64,000 nt of DNA, taken from NCBI GenBank assembly GCA_963514005.1, contig OY740791.1, positions 51,770,001-51,834,000 of the forward strand, read 5' to 3'. This DNA is from Raja brachyura (lineage: Eukaryota). Under the pieces are notes generated by a model, which saw only the letters and a program-made list of their open reading frames with translations, was not told the origin of the DNA and did no database searches. Of the stretch, positions 25,687 through 38,871 are shown in pieces. Each line of letters opens with the position of its first letter. The stretch's first letter is position 1. The position numbers were made by a program, and so were the translations under genes.

Positions 25687-26700
25687 TGGAGTGCAGGATG
25701 CTGAGGGGTGATTTTAAAGAGATAGTTGAATTGTTGAGGGGAATAGTTAGGCTGAATGAAAGCCTTTTACCCATCGTGGGGATATCAAGAACCAGAGGAC
25801 ACAGGTTTGAGGTGAGAGGGGGAAGGTTTGATATGAACATGAAGGGCATCTTTTACATTCAAAAGGTAAAGGATAGAAACAAAAGGAGGAGTATAGCAGC
25901 AAAGAGGTCCTTTTGCAGCTGTACAGGGCCCTAATGAGACTACACCTGGAGTGTTGTGTGCAGATTTGGTCTCCAAATTTGAGGAAGGACATTCTTGTTG
26001 TGACGGAGAGCATCGTAGGTTTTCACGGATAATTCCCGGGATGGTGGGACTGTCATATGCTGAGAGAATGGAGCGTCTGGGCATGTATACTTTGGAATTT
26101 AGAAGGATGAGAGGGGATCTCATTTAAACATATAAGATTATTAAGGATTTGGACACACTAGAGGCAGGAAACATGTTCTCGATATTGGGGGAGTCCAGAA
26201 CCAGGGACTACAGTTTAAGAATAAGGGGTAAGCCATTTAGAACGGAGATGAGAAAAAATGTTTTCACATAGAGGGTTGTGAATATGTAGAATTCTCTGCC
26301 TCAGAGGGTGGTGAAATCTGGTTCACTGGGTGCTTTCAAGGGCTAGATAGGGCTCTTGAAGATAGCGGAGTCAGTGGATATGAGGAGAAGGCAGGAACAA
26401 GGTACTGATTGTTGATGATCAGCCATGATCACATTGAATGACAGTGCTGGCTTGAAAGGCCGTATAGCCTACTCCTGTACCTATTGTCTATTGTCTATAA
26501 AGGGGAGTAGTTATATGTGATGAGCTGCCAGAGGAGGTAGTTGAAGCAGGTACTAAAACTTTAATTAAAATACAGGTTCATGGAAAGTTAAGGTTTAGAG
26601 TGATATGGGGCAAATGGAATTAAGTTTGATGAGGAAATTAGATCAGCATGGATGAGTTGCAGCTGTTTCTGTGCTGTATGCCTCTATAGTTCCATGACTA
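25687..26700 (+). mobile_element. Old CR1 3' end interrupted by a younger CR1 3' fragment (about 25885-26498, tail CTATTGT)
   Basis: LYSLECRMLRGD..RTRGH in the old copy. The young copy has LYRAL..LHLE, RTRDYSLRI and a terminal CTATTGTCTATTGTCTAT. Confidence 0.8.
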
Positions 26701-27349
26701 AGTCCCAATAGCTGTGTGAGACAATCTTCTCCAAAAGTATTGCAGAACTTCAAGAAGGCAGCTCACCACCATCTTCTCCAAGGCAGTTAGGAATGGAAAA
26801 TAAATATTGACTTTGATGCTGATATCTAGATACTGAGTAAAAACTAATTGGAATAAATATTCTCCTTTGTGGTAGATTATCTGCCACAATTGATCCCAAT
26901 CACCGACAAAGATACTTGAGCTTCTCTGTCTGTTAGTTACTATCCTTATAATAAATGCATCCTCAGCACACACAGATATGTTCTGTTCGCAAAGTATTTA
27001 AAAAAAAAGTACACAAATAGAATTATAAGGAATTATTTTTAAATGTAAAGGGGAAATACAGAAGTTGTATCTGTAGATAATGTCAGCGTAAAAGAGGAAG
27101 GATCTGTGTTACGTCCAGTTTTCACTTCTGCTGTGAAACTCAGCAAGTGTCCCAACAGGAACATTTGTACTGGAGTAGACAGGGGGTGATCCCAGTGTTT
27201 AGAATGTGAGAGTGACGGACAGTGTGAGTTTCAAGGGGCGATGGAATTAATTATGAAGAGAAAGATTCAGGAGCTAGGAAAAATATCAAAGCAGAGGGTG
27301 AAGCAGCAATAAAAAGGAACTTTATTTCTCTGCAGAATGCACACAATAT

Positions 27350-27377
27350 GGGGGGGGGGGGGGGGGGGGGGGGGGGG
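27350..27377. repeat. Poly-G tract (28 nt)
   Basis: Seen directly. Confidence 0.95.
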
Positions 27378-28469
27378 CAATGAGTTGTGAACACGGATTA
27401 AGGAAGGAGCCTCATTAGATTTCTTCTCACGATGCGGACAAGACTAACTGCTGAGCTGATGATGAGGTGCCCTTTCTGATTCCATCCAGATTGTTTGCTT
27501 AGAAATCAATTGTTTAGTATGTGGGCCTCACTGCTCAGGCTTCCATTTTTAGCCCATGAGGATGTGAACATCCATATTTAGCCAGTGAACGATGCTCCCA
27601 CAATGCTCTTAATAGGAATGATTGGAACAGCAATGGATTTCCAAGTCATGACTGGAGACGCACCCACAGCATGTGGTTATCCCATGGGCCTGTTGCCATT
27701 GTCTTTCTTGGTTGATGGGATCACTGATATGAGAGGTGTTATTGAAGTGGCCTTGGCAATGAACATTGAGACACCTTGTGGTGGTTGATTGAGACCAAAG
27801 ACACTGTACACAAGTGGTGGAAACAAAGAAGATGACAGTAGTAGATGGGGACATGCTATGTCCTGGATGATGTTGAGCTCCTTCAGTATCGCTGGAGTTA
27901 CATTCCTTAATTGCACACTCCTTAATTGTGTTTTGCTGCTGATGGAGAGGTTTTGTGGTGTCAGGAATTGCTTGCTCCATGATGACAAGAAATGAATCAC
28001 CTTTCCTTTATCGATACTGCTTCTTAATGTGGCAACTCCCTACCTTGTATAACTGTGGGAGTACTCTCACCGGAAGGAATGGAAAGGTTTAGGAAAGCAA
28101 CCTACCACGGTCTTGAGTGCAATTAACAATGAGGGGGAAATCACTAACCTTGACACTGATGCTCAAATTGTCAAGAATAACTGAATGAGTAAAGAAATGC
28201 TACACAAATAACATCAAATACACCAGGATTAATGATATTCAAATACGTACAAATACTTTATAATTTTGGAGGTTCCCCAACACTTGTAAAGGGAGCAGTG
28301 TCAATAGAACCTCTTCTCAATCTCTCTTAAATCCCCGCTACCCAGCTTCCTAACAATCTCAACCTTCTTTTCTTTCCTTTTGTCAAAATCCACAGAGTGA
28401 AATTTTAAAATTATCCAAGTTTCTCCTCTCCCTCTTGTGACTAACCTCATGTTTCCATATCTCACCTGA

Positions 28470-29412
28470 CATAGAAACAGAGAAACATAGAAAATAGGTG
28501 AAGGAGGAGGCCATTTGGCCCTTTGAGCCAGCACCGCCATTCATTGTGATCATGGCTGATCATCCACAATCAGCAGCCTGTGCCTGTCTTCTCTCCATAC
28601 CCCTTGGTTCTGCTAGCCCCTAGAGCTCTATCCAACTCTCTTTTAAATTCATCCAGTGAATTGGCATCTACTGTCTTCTGTGACTGAAATCCTAATGGGT
28701 TCCCAAAATTCCCGGCCGCTCCGCACTGCTGCTGTCTCCATTGCCTGAATCCCTCATTCATAGAAACATAAAACATATGTGCAGGAGTAGGCCATTCAGC
28801 ACTTGAAGCCAGCATTGCCATTCAATATGATTATGGCTGATCATCCAGAATCAGTACCTGTTCCGGTTTTCTCCCCATATCCCTTGATTCAGTTAGACCT
28901 AAGAGCTAAATCTAACTCTCTCTTGAAAACGTCCAGTGAAATGGCCTCCACTGCCTTCAGTGGCAGCGAATTTCACAGATTCACAACTCTCTGGGTGAAA
29001 AAGTTTTTTCTCATCTCAGGTTTAAATGGCCTCCCCTTTATTTTTAGATTGTGGAGTAAAAACTTCAGAAGGACCTCTTTACTCCAATACACAAATCCTC
29101 TCATTATGAAGGCTAACATGCCATTAGCTTTCTTCACTGCCTGCTGTACCTGCAGGTTTACTTTCAGTGTACAAGGACACCCAGGTCTCATTGCGCTTCT
29201 CTTTTTCCTAATCTGACACCATTGAGATAATAATCTGCCTCCTTGTTCTTGCCACCATAGTGGATACTCTAACATTTATCTACATTATACTGCATCTAGC
29301 ATGCATCCACTTCGCAGTTCACACTACCACCCAGCATTGTGTCATATGCAAATTTGCTAGTGCTACTTTTAATTCCATCATGTAAATCATTAATGTCTAT
29401 TGTAAATAGTTG
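28470..29412 (-). mobile_element. Two stacked CR1 3' fragments
   Basis: CATAGAAA tails at about 28470 and 28760; VQQAVKKANGMLAFI; NFFTQRVVNL. Confidence 0.85.
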
Positions 29413-29949
29413 ACTATATCACTAATGTGGAGCCCAAGCGATTGAAGGCAGAATCCTTTCATGCAGCCGAGAGGTCAGGGCATCCCGAAGAGACTTGCAC
29501 TGATCACTAACTCCCACATGCTGCATTATGGACACATACTGTAGCTTCCCTTGCAATCTCCAGCCAAGTTTGTTTATATTTTCATAGCCCGTATATAGTT
29601 CAGAGATCAATGATCAATGATCAAGCAGATGGTATTTAGAAAATTAATCATATTCCTGAGCACTTGGCAGGATTGAACAGGATTATAACAGTTTACGGAG
29701 CTATTTGTGCCACTCCATTAACGTGACCAAGCATTTCTGGGTGTGGATTGCACTTGCAGAAAGTGCATGTAATTTAGAGATCGGACAAAAAAAAAATTGA
29801 GGCCATTCCGCATGGATATTTGTTTACTGAGACACTGGGAGCAATTTATCTACCAGTTTGCAATGAGTATTATCTTGGGAAACCACAGCTCAGTGAGAAA
29901 CTAATAGAGAGACTAGAGAGATGACAGTGAAGAGTTCTGGTGATTCAAT

Positions 29950-30285
29950 ATGAAGAGGGCTTGATTCTGAATCTGGAGATATAAATCCAAATCCTGCTTT
30001 GGAATCTGGTGAATTGAAATAAAATGGAATCATTAATTCATGAATTAAGTTCCAGATTCAATGATGGTGACTATGAAGGCACCAGATTGCTGGCAAACCC
30101 ACCTGGATCACAATTCCCTTCTGATGAGGAAAACTCACTTGATTTGGCATCCACGTGATTCCAGGCACACAGCAATGTGGTTGGCTCTTGTGAGATGGTC
30201 CTGCCCTCCAGTATGTTCGGGGGGCAGTTGGGGATGGGCAATAAATACTGGCTTTGTAGCAACCTCACATCCCAGGAATGAGAAC
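29950..30285 (+). mobile_element. Ancient SINE-like repeat with a LINE-derived tail
   Basis: 3' end GGGCAGTTGGGGATGGGCAATAAATACTGGC...CACATCCC. The same tail recurs, decayed, at about 26760-26820 and 28090-28180. Confidence 0.5.
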
Positions 30286-30598
30286 TAAATGTCTACAAGG
30301 GCTTTGTGTGGAAAACTGGCAGAGTGAAAAGGAATATATTTTGCAAATGATGTTTGTTCAGTGGGATTTTAACATAAATAGATTTCTGAGAAAGAAAAGT
30401 CACTGTGTAGTTGATGAAGTGACATTGACATAAGTGGAACATCACGTGGGTCATTTGCAAAAGTTATGAAAGTTTCGCTGCATACTGTTATGTTGGAAGC
30501 AAAGAGCGAATAATTATTGAACTGATAAGTGGATTGGTATAAACTGTACGGTCAATTTTTTCAGCTTTGGATGAAATAGGCATGGTATAAACCATGTG

Positions 30599-31462
30599 CG
30601 GATGTGGCATTGAAGGACGAGAAGCCGAAGCAAAGAAGTGGAAGCCAAATAACCGAGCGGAAACAAAGTCGAAACGCTAAATAACCAAAAGCGTAAAAGT
30701 AAAAAAATAGTTACATTGATTTAAAAACAATAATGTTACATGTATAAATAGTTCTTACAATCACCCCGTGTGTGGGTTGGGTTCTGGGGGTCAGTTGGGG
30801 TCCGAAGGTGGTGCATCGCAGTCAGTGACTCTGGGTGGGCAGAGGGTCCAGCCTGTCCCACACGTTCGCTCCACCTGGCGCTGCCGACACACAGCCCGTT
30901 ACAGTGCAGCTGCATGTGGGAGACGAGGCAGAGGGCGGCCTTGGCCGTGGGAGAGTGGGGGCTGTCCCGAGGGATGTGCCCCTTCGGCTGCTTACAAATT
31001 GGTGTTCGGGTTCAGAGTGCCCAGTAACCTATGGCTTGTGTTGGAAAATGACCACCACCAAACCCCCGGCCAGTGATTTGATGGAAGCGGGGGTTTGGAC
31101 CAATCGCTAACAAGTGTCCCCCCCCCCCCCCCACCCCCGAAAGTCATGTCCATTATTTGACTTATCGGTTGAGCACCCATTTGGTCAGTCGACTTGTAGG
31201 CGACGCAGCCTTTCGGCTAGTTGGCGTTTCGGCAGAGCGGCCATTCAGTGAGTTTGCTTTTAGGTGACGCAGCCTTTTGGTTAGTTGGCATTTAGGCATC
31301 CCACCCTTTCAGTTAGTTTACATTTATGCATCCCACCCTTTCAGTTAGTTGGCGTTTCGGCTTCGTATGCTTTCTGTTATTTGGCGATTTGGTTTAGTTC
31401 CCGTTCGGTTATTTGGCTTCCACTTCTTTGCTTTGGCTTTTCGTCTTTTGATGCCACGTCCG
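30599..31462. mobile_element. Non-autonomous foldback/MITE with long terminal inverted repeats
   Basis: CGGATGTGGCATTGAAGGACGAGAAGCCGAAGCAAAGAAGTGGAAGCCAAATAACCGA at 30599 is the near reverse complement of 31405-31462. Subterminal repeats (GACGCAGCCTTT, AGTTGGCGTTTCGGC) are present. TSD not resolved. Confidence 0.75.
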
Positions 31463-32640
31463 GGTACCGATATAATTTGTGCCGTCAATGTTTTCAGCTT
31501 TGTATGAAATCGACTGTTCAAAGGAAACAACGCCAAATATCAGAAGAGTTTCAAAACTGCTTTCATCCAAATTCTATCCAAACCCATTGAGATGTCACTG
31601 ACCCCAAAACATGCCTTGGACCAGCTCAGTTGGATACACTTAAATTAATAAAGATAATGATTATGCTTTCAGGAATATTTTCCAATATATTTTTAAGGGA
31701 AATAAAAGACACATACTTTTGCAATAGTTAAATGCTTCAGTTTATCACATGAACCCGTTGCCATGGTGACTGAGGTCCACCATTCAACGCCTGAACCCCA
31801 CTCCTCCCCCTCCTGCTCCCTGCCTTTCTGCAGCCCCAACTCCAGTCCCAGTTGAATGCAGTGAACGCATTTTATTTCAAAGTCACGTGAGTGACTACGT
31901 GAAGAAGCCCACCAGCCCGCATGCACGTCAATACATCTAGCGCGTGGCGCGAGTCGGAGCAGTTTTTGCACTGCTCTGCAAGGTAAGTCTATTTTCTCCA
32001 GGCCGTTCTATAGCATGCCCAAAGTAGCTTTGAAGGCGGTCGGGGTTTTGGGCCGCTATGGAAGCTCCACTGGAGTAAATAGTATTTGCGCCGCAGTTTG
32101 AGCTCTCCAACAGGAGCAGGTGGCTGAAATTGTATGGCTTCATTGCGGCTGTTGCCGTTATAGTCTGTAAGGCAGCACACGGCCCAAATGGGGCTGACGG
32201 CCCAGATGGGAGACCGCCGGCTAGGTTAAGTGAGCATGCCGTACAAATTTAACAGTTCTGCTACAGCTATGCTGCACCAGCATATAGTGTATACTTCATT
32301 TTGTGCGGACATAATAGAGTTGGCATCGTCAGTGAAGCATATCCTCTCTGGGACAGGTAGTTACCAGCAGGAAGCTCGTCTTGCATATAATGTAACTTTA
32401 TCTGATCTGCAGGTTCATGTTCTGAATTAACAATGTATTCATAATAGTCCATAGGCTCTCAATACCAGTATTCCTGATTGAGTGGCGGGTCGAAGAGATT
32501 GTGTTATGCACTCTGGCAACGTCGACATGTGGTTTCAGTCAAAGTACTGTAAGGTAATTCCTGATTCAGCCTTGCATTATACTAATCTCCACTCTGAAGG
32601 AAAATGCTACGTATTAATGGTGATTCTTAGTCAAGAGTTA

Positions 32641-33015
32641 GAAACATAGAAACATAGAAATTAGGTGCAGGATTAGGCCATTCGGCCCTTCGAGCCTGCA
32701 CCGCCATTCAATATGATCATGGCTGATCATCCAACTCAGTATCCCGTACCTGCCTTCTCTCCATACCCTCTGATCCTCTTAGCCACAAGGGCCACATCTA
32801 ACTCCCTCTTAAATATAGCCAATGAACTGGCCTCAACTACCCTCTGTGGCAGAGAGTTCCAGAGACCCACCACTCTCTGTGTGAAAAAAGTCCTTGTCAT
32901 CTCGGTCCTAAAGGATTTCCCCCTTATCCTTAAGCTGTGACCCCTTGTCCTGGACCTCCCCAACATCGGGAACAATCTTCCTGCATCTAGCCTGTCCAAC
33001 CCCTTAAGAATTTTA
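32641..33015 (-). mobile_element. CR1 3' end nested in the old DIRS
   Basis: (CATAGAAA)2 tail; RTRGHSLRI; FFTQRVV.LWNSLP. Confidence 0.9.
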
Positions 33016-33753
33016 CACCGGGAACACAGTTGACAGGGAACTCGTTCCCATATCCAAGGGAGACTGTGGTTTCAGCTGTAGTCATTAGCTGCTGATTATA
33101 TATTATCAGCGACATGTATGAATAACTAGATAATGCATCTTCCACGGGTAGGAAAGCCAAAACATTTCCGTCCGTAGGATCAACAGAGGAACAATGGTTC
33201 CGAGTGCAATCAGTGACAACTCATCCGAGGATGAGTGGTCTGGCCAAGGACTAGAGGGGTATATTTCTTAAGATTACAGAAATATAGTGCAGGCCGAATT
33301 GTGTTAGCATTAGGCTAATCAAATTGTGAGTGTATTTACCCAGTTTAACATGGATGATTAGGTGTCTGCAATTTAACTGACTCAGTGAATCGATCGTGTA
33401 GTTGCATACTGTCATATCTATACACATAAGGCACAGATTCTGCTGTTTTCATAACAAAGCTAGTGGTGAAAGCCTGTGTTGCCCTTCTCAGATTAAAGGG
33501 CATTATGTCATTGAGTTTTAGGTAATACTAGACTGAGTGGGACCCGTCGGGGGTCCAGCGGGGGCTGGTCCCCCGACGCAATATTCCACCTCTCCACCAA
33601 TTCCAATATTGGTGGCCAGTGGAGGGGGGGGGGGGGCTTTCTGGAGCGCTGGTATGTGTTCTTGGGGTGGCAGCTCAGTCCCTCCAGCCTGATGTGCTGG
33701 CAGTTCATTCACGGCTGGTGGCTGGCTGTTGACTAATGGCTATTCCTTGAAAT

Positions 33754-34110
33754 TCCATTTCAAGCAGGGTGCAAGGCCACCAAATTCAAATCCATTTTCC
33801 TACCATTTCAAGCAGGGTGCAAGGCCACCAAATTAAAGTGCAGTTTCCTACCACTTAAAGCAGGGTGCAAGGTCACCAAATTCAAGTGCAGTTTCATACC
33901 ACTTCAAGCAGGGTGCAAGGCCAAATAATTTGTGCAGTTTCATACCACTTCAAGCAGGGTGCAAGGCCACCAAATTCAAATGCAGCTTCATACCATTTCA
34001 TGCAGGGTGCAACGGTACCACATTCACATGCAGTTTCATACCATTTCATGCAGGGTGCAAGGCCACCACATTCAAATGCAGTTTCATGACATTTCAAGCA
34101 GGGTGTAACC
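33754..34110. repeat. Minisatellite, about 48-bp unit, 7-8 copies
   Basis: CCATTTCAAGCAGGGTGCAAGGCCACCAAATTCAAATGCAGTTTCATA repeated head to tail. Confidence 0.9.
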
Positions 34111-34383
34111 ACCATAAAACCACCATAAGACCACACCAAACAGCTCAGTAGACATTCAGTGTGTTCAGTTTATTCACAGCATGACAAATTTGTGACCTCT
34201 CCCTCCCCCATCATGCAGAGACTGAGCCACACCCACACTTCCGGGTTTTATAATCCCTCCTCCTCCCACCGGAAAAGGTGTGGCTTTCATGATAGGAGAG
34301 AGATTCTCAACATATTTTAAACATTAATAACACTTTTATTTTTCATTGATGGGAAGAATCCTCTTTGGCTTGAAGTGAAAAGC

Positions 34384-34630
34384 GCCTTTTCACTTCAAGC
34401 CAAAGCCCCCAAGCCACATTTACAGTAGTGCCTTTTCACTTCAAGCCAAAGCCACCATTTGCAGTGGTGCCTTTTCACTTCAAGCCAAAGCCCCCAAGCC
34501 ACCATTTGCAGTAGTGCCTTTTCACTTCAAGCCAAAGCCCCCAATCCATCATTTGCAGTGGTGCCTTTTAACGCAAACCCCCCAAACAAATATTTGCAGG
34601 CAGTGCTTTTTACTTTAAAACCAACCATTT
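34384..34630. repeat. Minisatellite, about 38-47-bp unit, 5-6 copies
   Basis: GCCTTTTCACTTCAAGCCAAAGCCCCCAAGCCACCATTTGCAGTAGT repeats. Confidence 0.9.
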
Positions 34631-36596
34631 TTTCATTTTCAAACCACATTAAGCGCACTCACAGTTTTTTTTTTTTAATTTTCTTTATGAGAAGTAATAT
34701 ACATTACAATTATATAAGCCAAAAATAACATAATACATTTCCTGTACCACTTCTTATTTTATACTTTAAGAAGAAGAAGAATAAGAAGAAGAATAGAGAC
34801 AGGTAGATAGGATAGTAAGTGCGTGAGAGAGTGATCCGGAAGAGCCCGTAGAAGTGTAAGACACAAGAAGGACTCAAAAGGAAAAACAAAGGAAAAGAAA
34901 GGAAAAAAAAATAGAAGGCAGAAAATTTGAGAAAGTAAAATAAGCTAAGATAAGATAAAAGGGATGTACCTCCTTTGTATCTTTACATAGGAGCAATCAC
35001 AGTTGAGTAGACATGTGTCCAGTGCTATTCAGAGCTCAGAGTGACGTGACCCTCTCGTTCCTCCATCTTGCAAAGACTGAGTGAGGCACACCAATTCCTG
35101 GTTTTATAGTCCTCCCCCTCCCTCCAGCTGGGGAAGCAGAGAATGGGGAATTTGTTAAAAACATTAATTTCTCTCTGATTTTTCATCGATGGGAAAAATC
35201 CTCTGCTCCTGGAAGGCGGAGGGGGGCTCTGTGCGATCTGGCCAAAAATGACGGCCGTAGTTGGCTGCTCGGAAATCACAACACAGCAAGCCAAAAGCTG
35301 TCAAGATCAGACTTTTAGTAATATAGACGCAAAGTTGCAACTTACAAAACTTATGAATTGTCGGTAGATATCTTTTGCGATATTACAAATGAGGCAACAT
35401 GAAATTTAACAGTACCAATTTGCCTATTCAATCACGCCATGATAGGCGGCTGAAGCAACTCTTATTTACTCAGTCACGAGTGACGACTGGGACAGCCTGT
35501 CTTCTCGGGCAGCTAGCTCTGCACGATTGTATGAGAAGCTTGTGAACAACATATGTGAGTCAAATTTATACAGAAGTAACAGAATTTTGTGTGGCTTCCA
35601 TTTTGAGCCCAGAGAAACTTTATGGGATAGCACAATTGACATTGCTTGTGCTGCTTTATCATTTCTGTAATACCAGAAGTGGGACATAGATGATTGGTTC
35701 TTCACCCACTATTCTCTAACGTTATGCAGGGTGTCTTTTATTTGACCACTCTAATAGCCTGCACTCATTGTGATGTGCGATGTATATCAGTAAATTGTTA
35801 TGCAAATATTCCTCAAAATGCTCCTAATGGGACCAGTATCTTAAGATGATTGTGCTTTCAGCATCTGATCTCAGCATAAAGAACACAGCCTTTACTCAAT
35901 CTCTGGGTTAGTCTCCATATCATAATGACATAAGGATAGCTTGTTATAAAAAATAATCTTATAAGCAAATGAGCAGGATTACATACATTTGAGGTTGACA
36001 GCATATCCACCAGAGCAGAGATCAGGGATGTCATTAGGTATACAAGTGTACTCAGTTGCTAGTGCCTATGAAATGGAAGATAGTTCTTTTGTTTCAATAG
36101 TCTCAAGTTATTGTTGATGGCTCATTAGCAGCCAATACAATGGATTTCCCTTTCATCATACAGCATGAGGTTTACATAGTGCAGGTTAATAAATTATAAA
36201 ATTTGGTGGAATATGTCTGTATATTTGCAGATAGAATTATGCACATTGTTGCATAAGTTATTGTCTAACTCAACAGTCAATTGGGACTACAGGCCTGTTT
36301 AGAGCAATGGCCATGTATGCAAGTTAGCATCATGATATTAATAACTCATGTTTTTTCCAACTTATCTGTGTAAGTGTTTCACACACAGATTGTGTCACAG
36401 CATGAAACCACAGGGCTTTGAAATCTTCACGTAGTCACTCACGTGACTTCGAAATTAAATAGAAAGATTAAACAAGAACTTACCGTTTGAAGTTTGATCT
36501 TTATTTTATGAGAAGTTGAAGTGAGGGATTACATGCCCTCTACGCAAACCTATTCTCATAAAGATCATTCGGTAGTTCTAACCTTTCATCTTTCTA

Positions 36597-37610
36597 TAGG
36601 TATGTTACAAAACTTACCTTTAGCTGTGCTGCAGTTCTGTCACTGGACGTGTGCGCGACTTTGGTGCCTTTGGGGGGGTGGGGTTAAAACGCGGTTTTCC
36701 ATTGCCATCTGGAATTATATTTTCTCGGGGTGCGAGCTTTTGCTAAAGATTCGTTCCGACTGCTGGCAAGTGACATTTTTTTTTTTAATCGCCCGACTAT
36801 TTCAGCACTGCAGTAAAATAAAAATTAACTCCTAATGCCATGAACACCGACAACGGGGACGGATTGTACGTAGGGGACAGGTAAGTGAAAGCAGTTTATT
36901 TTTTAATATAAACTTGCTTGTTTAGATGACCTTAATCAACATTTCATTTTGCGAAACGGTGATTTATTCCCCATATGAACCGGCAGCGTTTTTCCTGTTG
37001 ATATGGGGTGTAAATTCACCACAATCGCAACGTTCCAATCCATCGCGTTCCAGAAAAACCCACTCGCAAGCTGATTTAAATGGCAGGCTAATTCCTTCAA
37101 TTTGGCCTATAAATTAATGCCAATGAGATTTAAAAGTCAAGTTATATTGTGAATTTTTGTGTGAATGTTATTTGGACACTTAGATTTTAAAAAAAGTTAA
37201 TATTTTCTAAAAAAATAGATAGATGTTTGGATCTAGTAATTAAATTTTGTAATTAGCTACAATTGGGTAACTAACTAATTATATGCTTTAATTTCAGGTC
37301 ATCCAAGTAAGATTGTTTCATATTAGTTTCAGAATGTTTCAATCTATAACAACTGAAAATTTCTTTCTGTTCTCTTAATTTTTAAGAAAGTTATGGGCTT
37401 TTGACTGTCCTCGATCACAACTTTTGTGTTAATGGAAAAGCAATAGGGAACAAGATGCTAATTTCCGATTATGAAAATGGCCATAACTTTTTTTAATACT
37501 GAAGATATGAAAGTGAATTAGGTGTCAAAGTAAACTTCTTTTTATGCTTTATCTGATGGGATAAATTGCAGACTTGATTTTTTAAATCTAAACATTTTGG
37601 AACATTGCTA
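36597..37610. mobile_element. About 1-kb non-autonomous TIR DNA transposon (hAT-like ends, 7-bp TSD), copy 1
   Basis: Ends TAGGTATGTTACAAAA and TTTTGGAACATTGCTA; flanks CTTTCTA and CTTTCTG. An inverted homolog lies at 57476-58504. Confidence 0.85.
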
Positions 37611-38017
37611 CTTTCTGTAGCTTAGGTCAGCACCTATTCTGTGGTTTCATAAAGCTACCTTGAAGATTGACGTGCATGCTGCCTGGCGGGGTTCTTCACA
37701 TAATCCCTCACTTCAACTTCTCATAAAATAAAGATCAAAATTCAAACGGTAAGCTCTTGTTTAATCTTTCTATTATAGAGGTTGTTCAACAAAGTTATTC
37801 TTTAAGTTATAATGTGGTAAGCAAGCATTAGTACAAATGAAAACCAGTCTTCAAATGTAATTCAAATGTAGGCTACATGCAGTAATCAGTTTTGAATTGA
37901 AATGGAAAGTTTTGTAAACAAACTGTGCTGTCTGTAGAGCACAAGTTACAGCCCCACAGCAGGAGACTGCTTGGGAGAGTTGGTTTGCAAACCAACTTGA
38001 CCATGAGATGTTTCAGC

Positions 38018-38050
38018 CTTCTTCTTCTTCTTCTTCTTCTTCTTCTTCTT
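38018..38050. repeat. (CTT)n microsatellite
   Basis: About 11 units. Confidence 0.95.
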
Positions 38051-38369
38051 GCGTATGGCATGCACAGCCTAAAGTTGTAGTACAACATGTTCTATTTGAT
38101 CTTATTTGATCGATGTTTCAAGCAAAAGTAAGACAATATGGCAAGGTTAACATGCCTGCATCAAAACTAGGATCAGCCAATTTTAATTAGCTTTTATTCA
38201 CTATTGTTAATGAGATCAAGAAAGCTTCAAAAACAGACTTATTTTGTCACTGAGCACATCAAACATGGCCACAGAATTATTTCCTCAAGAATTGGGATTT
38301 TTGTGTTCCCAAATTGTCAGTCCTCACAATTTTGGGTGTCTGGACTCTCTGACCTCAGAAGTTGTTTTT

Positions 38370-38680
38370 TATTTTAGAGCTACTTCATTGAACCAATCCC
38401 TTCGGTCCATCGAGCCCACACTAACTATTGATCAATGTTCTTTGTTATCCCATTTTCCCATCTGCTTCTTACATGTTTGGGGCAATTTACAGAGACTAAT
38501 TGATTTACAAACCAACATGTCTTTGGGGCATGGGAGGGAACCAAAGCCCTTGGAGGAAACCCGTTCAGTCAAAGGGAGAACATAAAAAGGCCACACAGAC
38601 AGCACCCAAGGTCAGCATTGAACCCAAATCTCTTGCATTGTGAAGCAGCAGCTCCACCACTTAGCTGCTGTGCTGCCCAC
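38370..38680 (-). mobile_element. tRNA-derived SINE of elasmobranch HE1/V-SINE type (further copies at about 58650-58945, partial at 41725-41850 and 42020-42190)
   Basis: Minus strand begins GGGCAGCACAG..., with a B-box-like GGGTTCAATGC and the conserved GTGCTGTCTGTGTGG...TTCTCCC..GGTTTCCTCC core. Family name is by recognition. Confidence 0.7.
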
Positions 38681-38871
38681 AGTTAATTACTTTTACCCAG
38701 CAAACGTGGTTGAACATTAAGAAATATCTTGTCAGTGACATTGTGCTCGCATTGTAAGTACGTCTTTCATTTGAACCATTTGTCAGACTCAAAATATTGA
38801 AGTAAACAACGTCTTTGTCACCATTGAAACTGCTGTTTTCTTTGTTTATCAACTATACGCTAAACTATACT

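Larger units (their letters stand above)
33528..35327 (-). mobile_element. Non-autonomous Helitron with internal minisatellites
   Basis: The minus strand begins TCTATATTACTAAAAG and ends ...CTCAGTCTAG followed by T, with a GC hairpin (GGACCC..GGGTCC, 33540-33557) just before CTAG. No TSD. Confidence 0.7.
31869..37774 (+). mobile_element. Old, decayed DIRS1-type element with nested insertions
   Basis: Left end ATTTTATTTCAAAGTCACGTGAGTGACTACGTGAAGA. The ICR at about 36424-36533 is complementary to both ends. Right end 37667-37774 finishes CTTTCTATT. Termini resemble the young DIRS; only traces of coding sequence remain (TCCACCAGAGCA, STRA-like, near 36006). Confidence 0.88.

Noticed and set aside
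33754-34630. CRISPR-like array
   Set aside because: Head-to-tail degenerate units with no unique spacers, no cas genes, and a vertebrate context.
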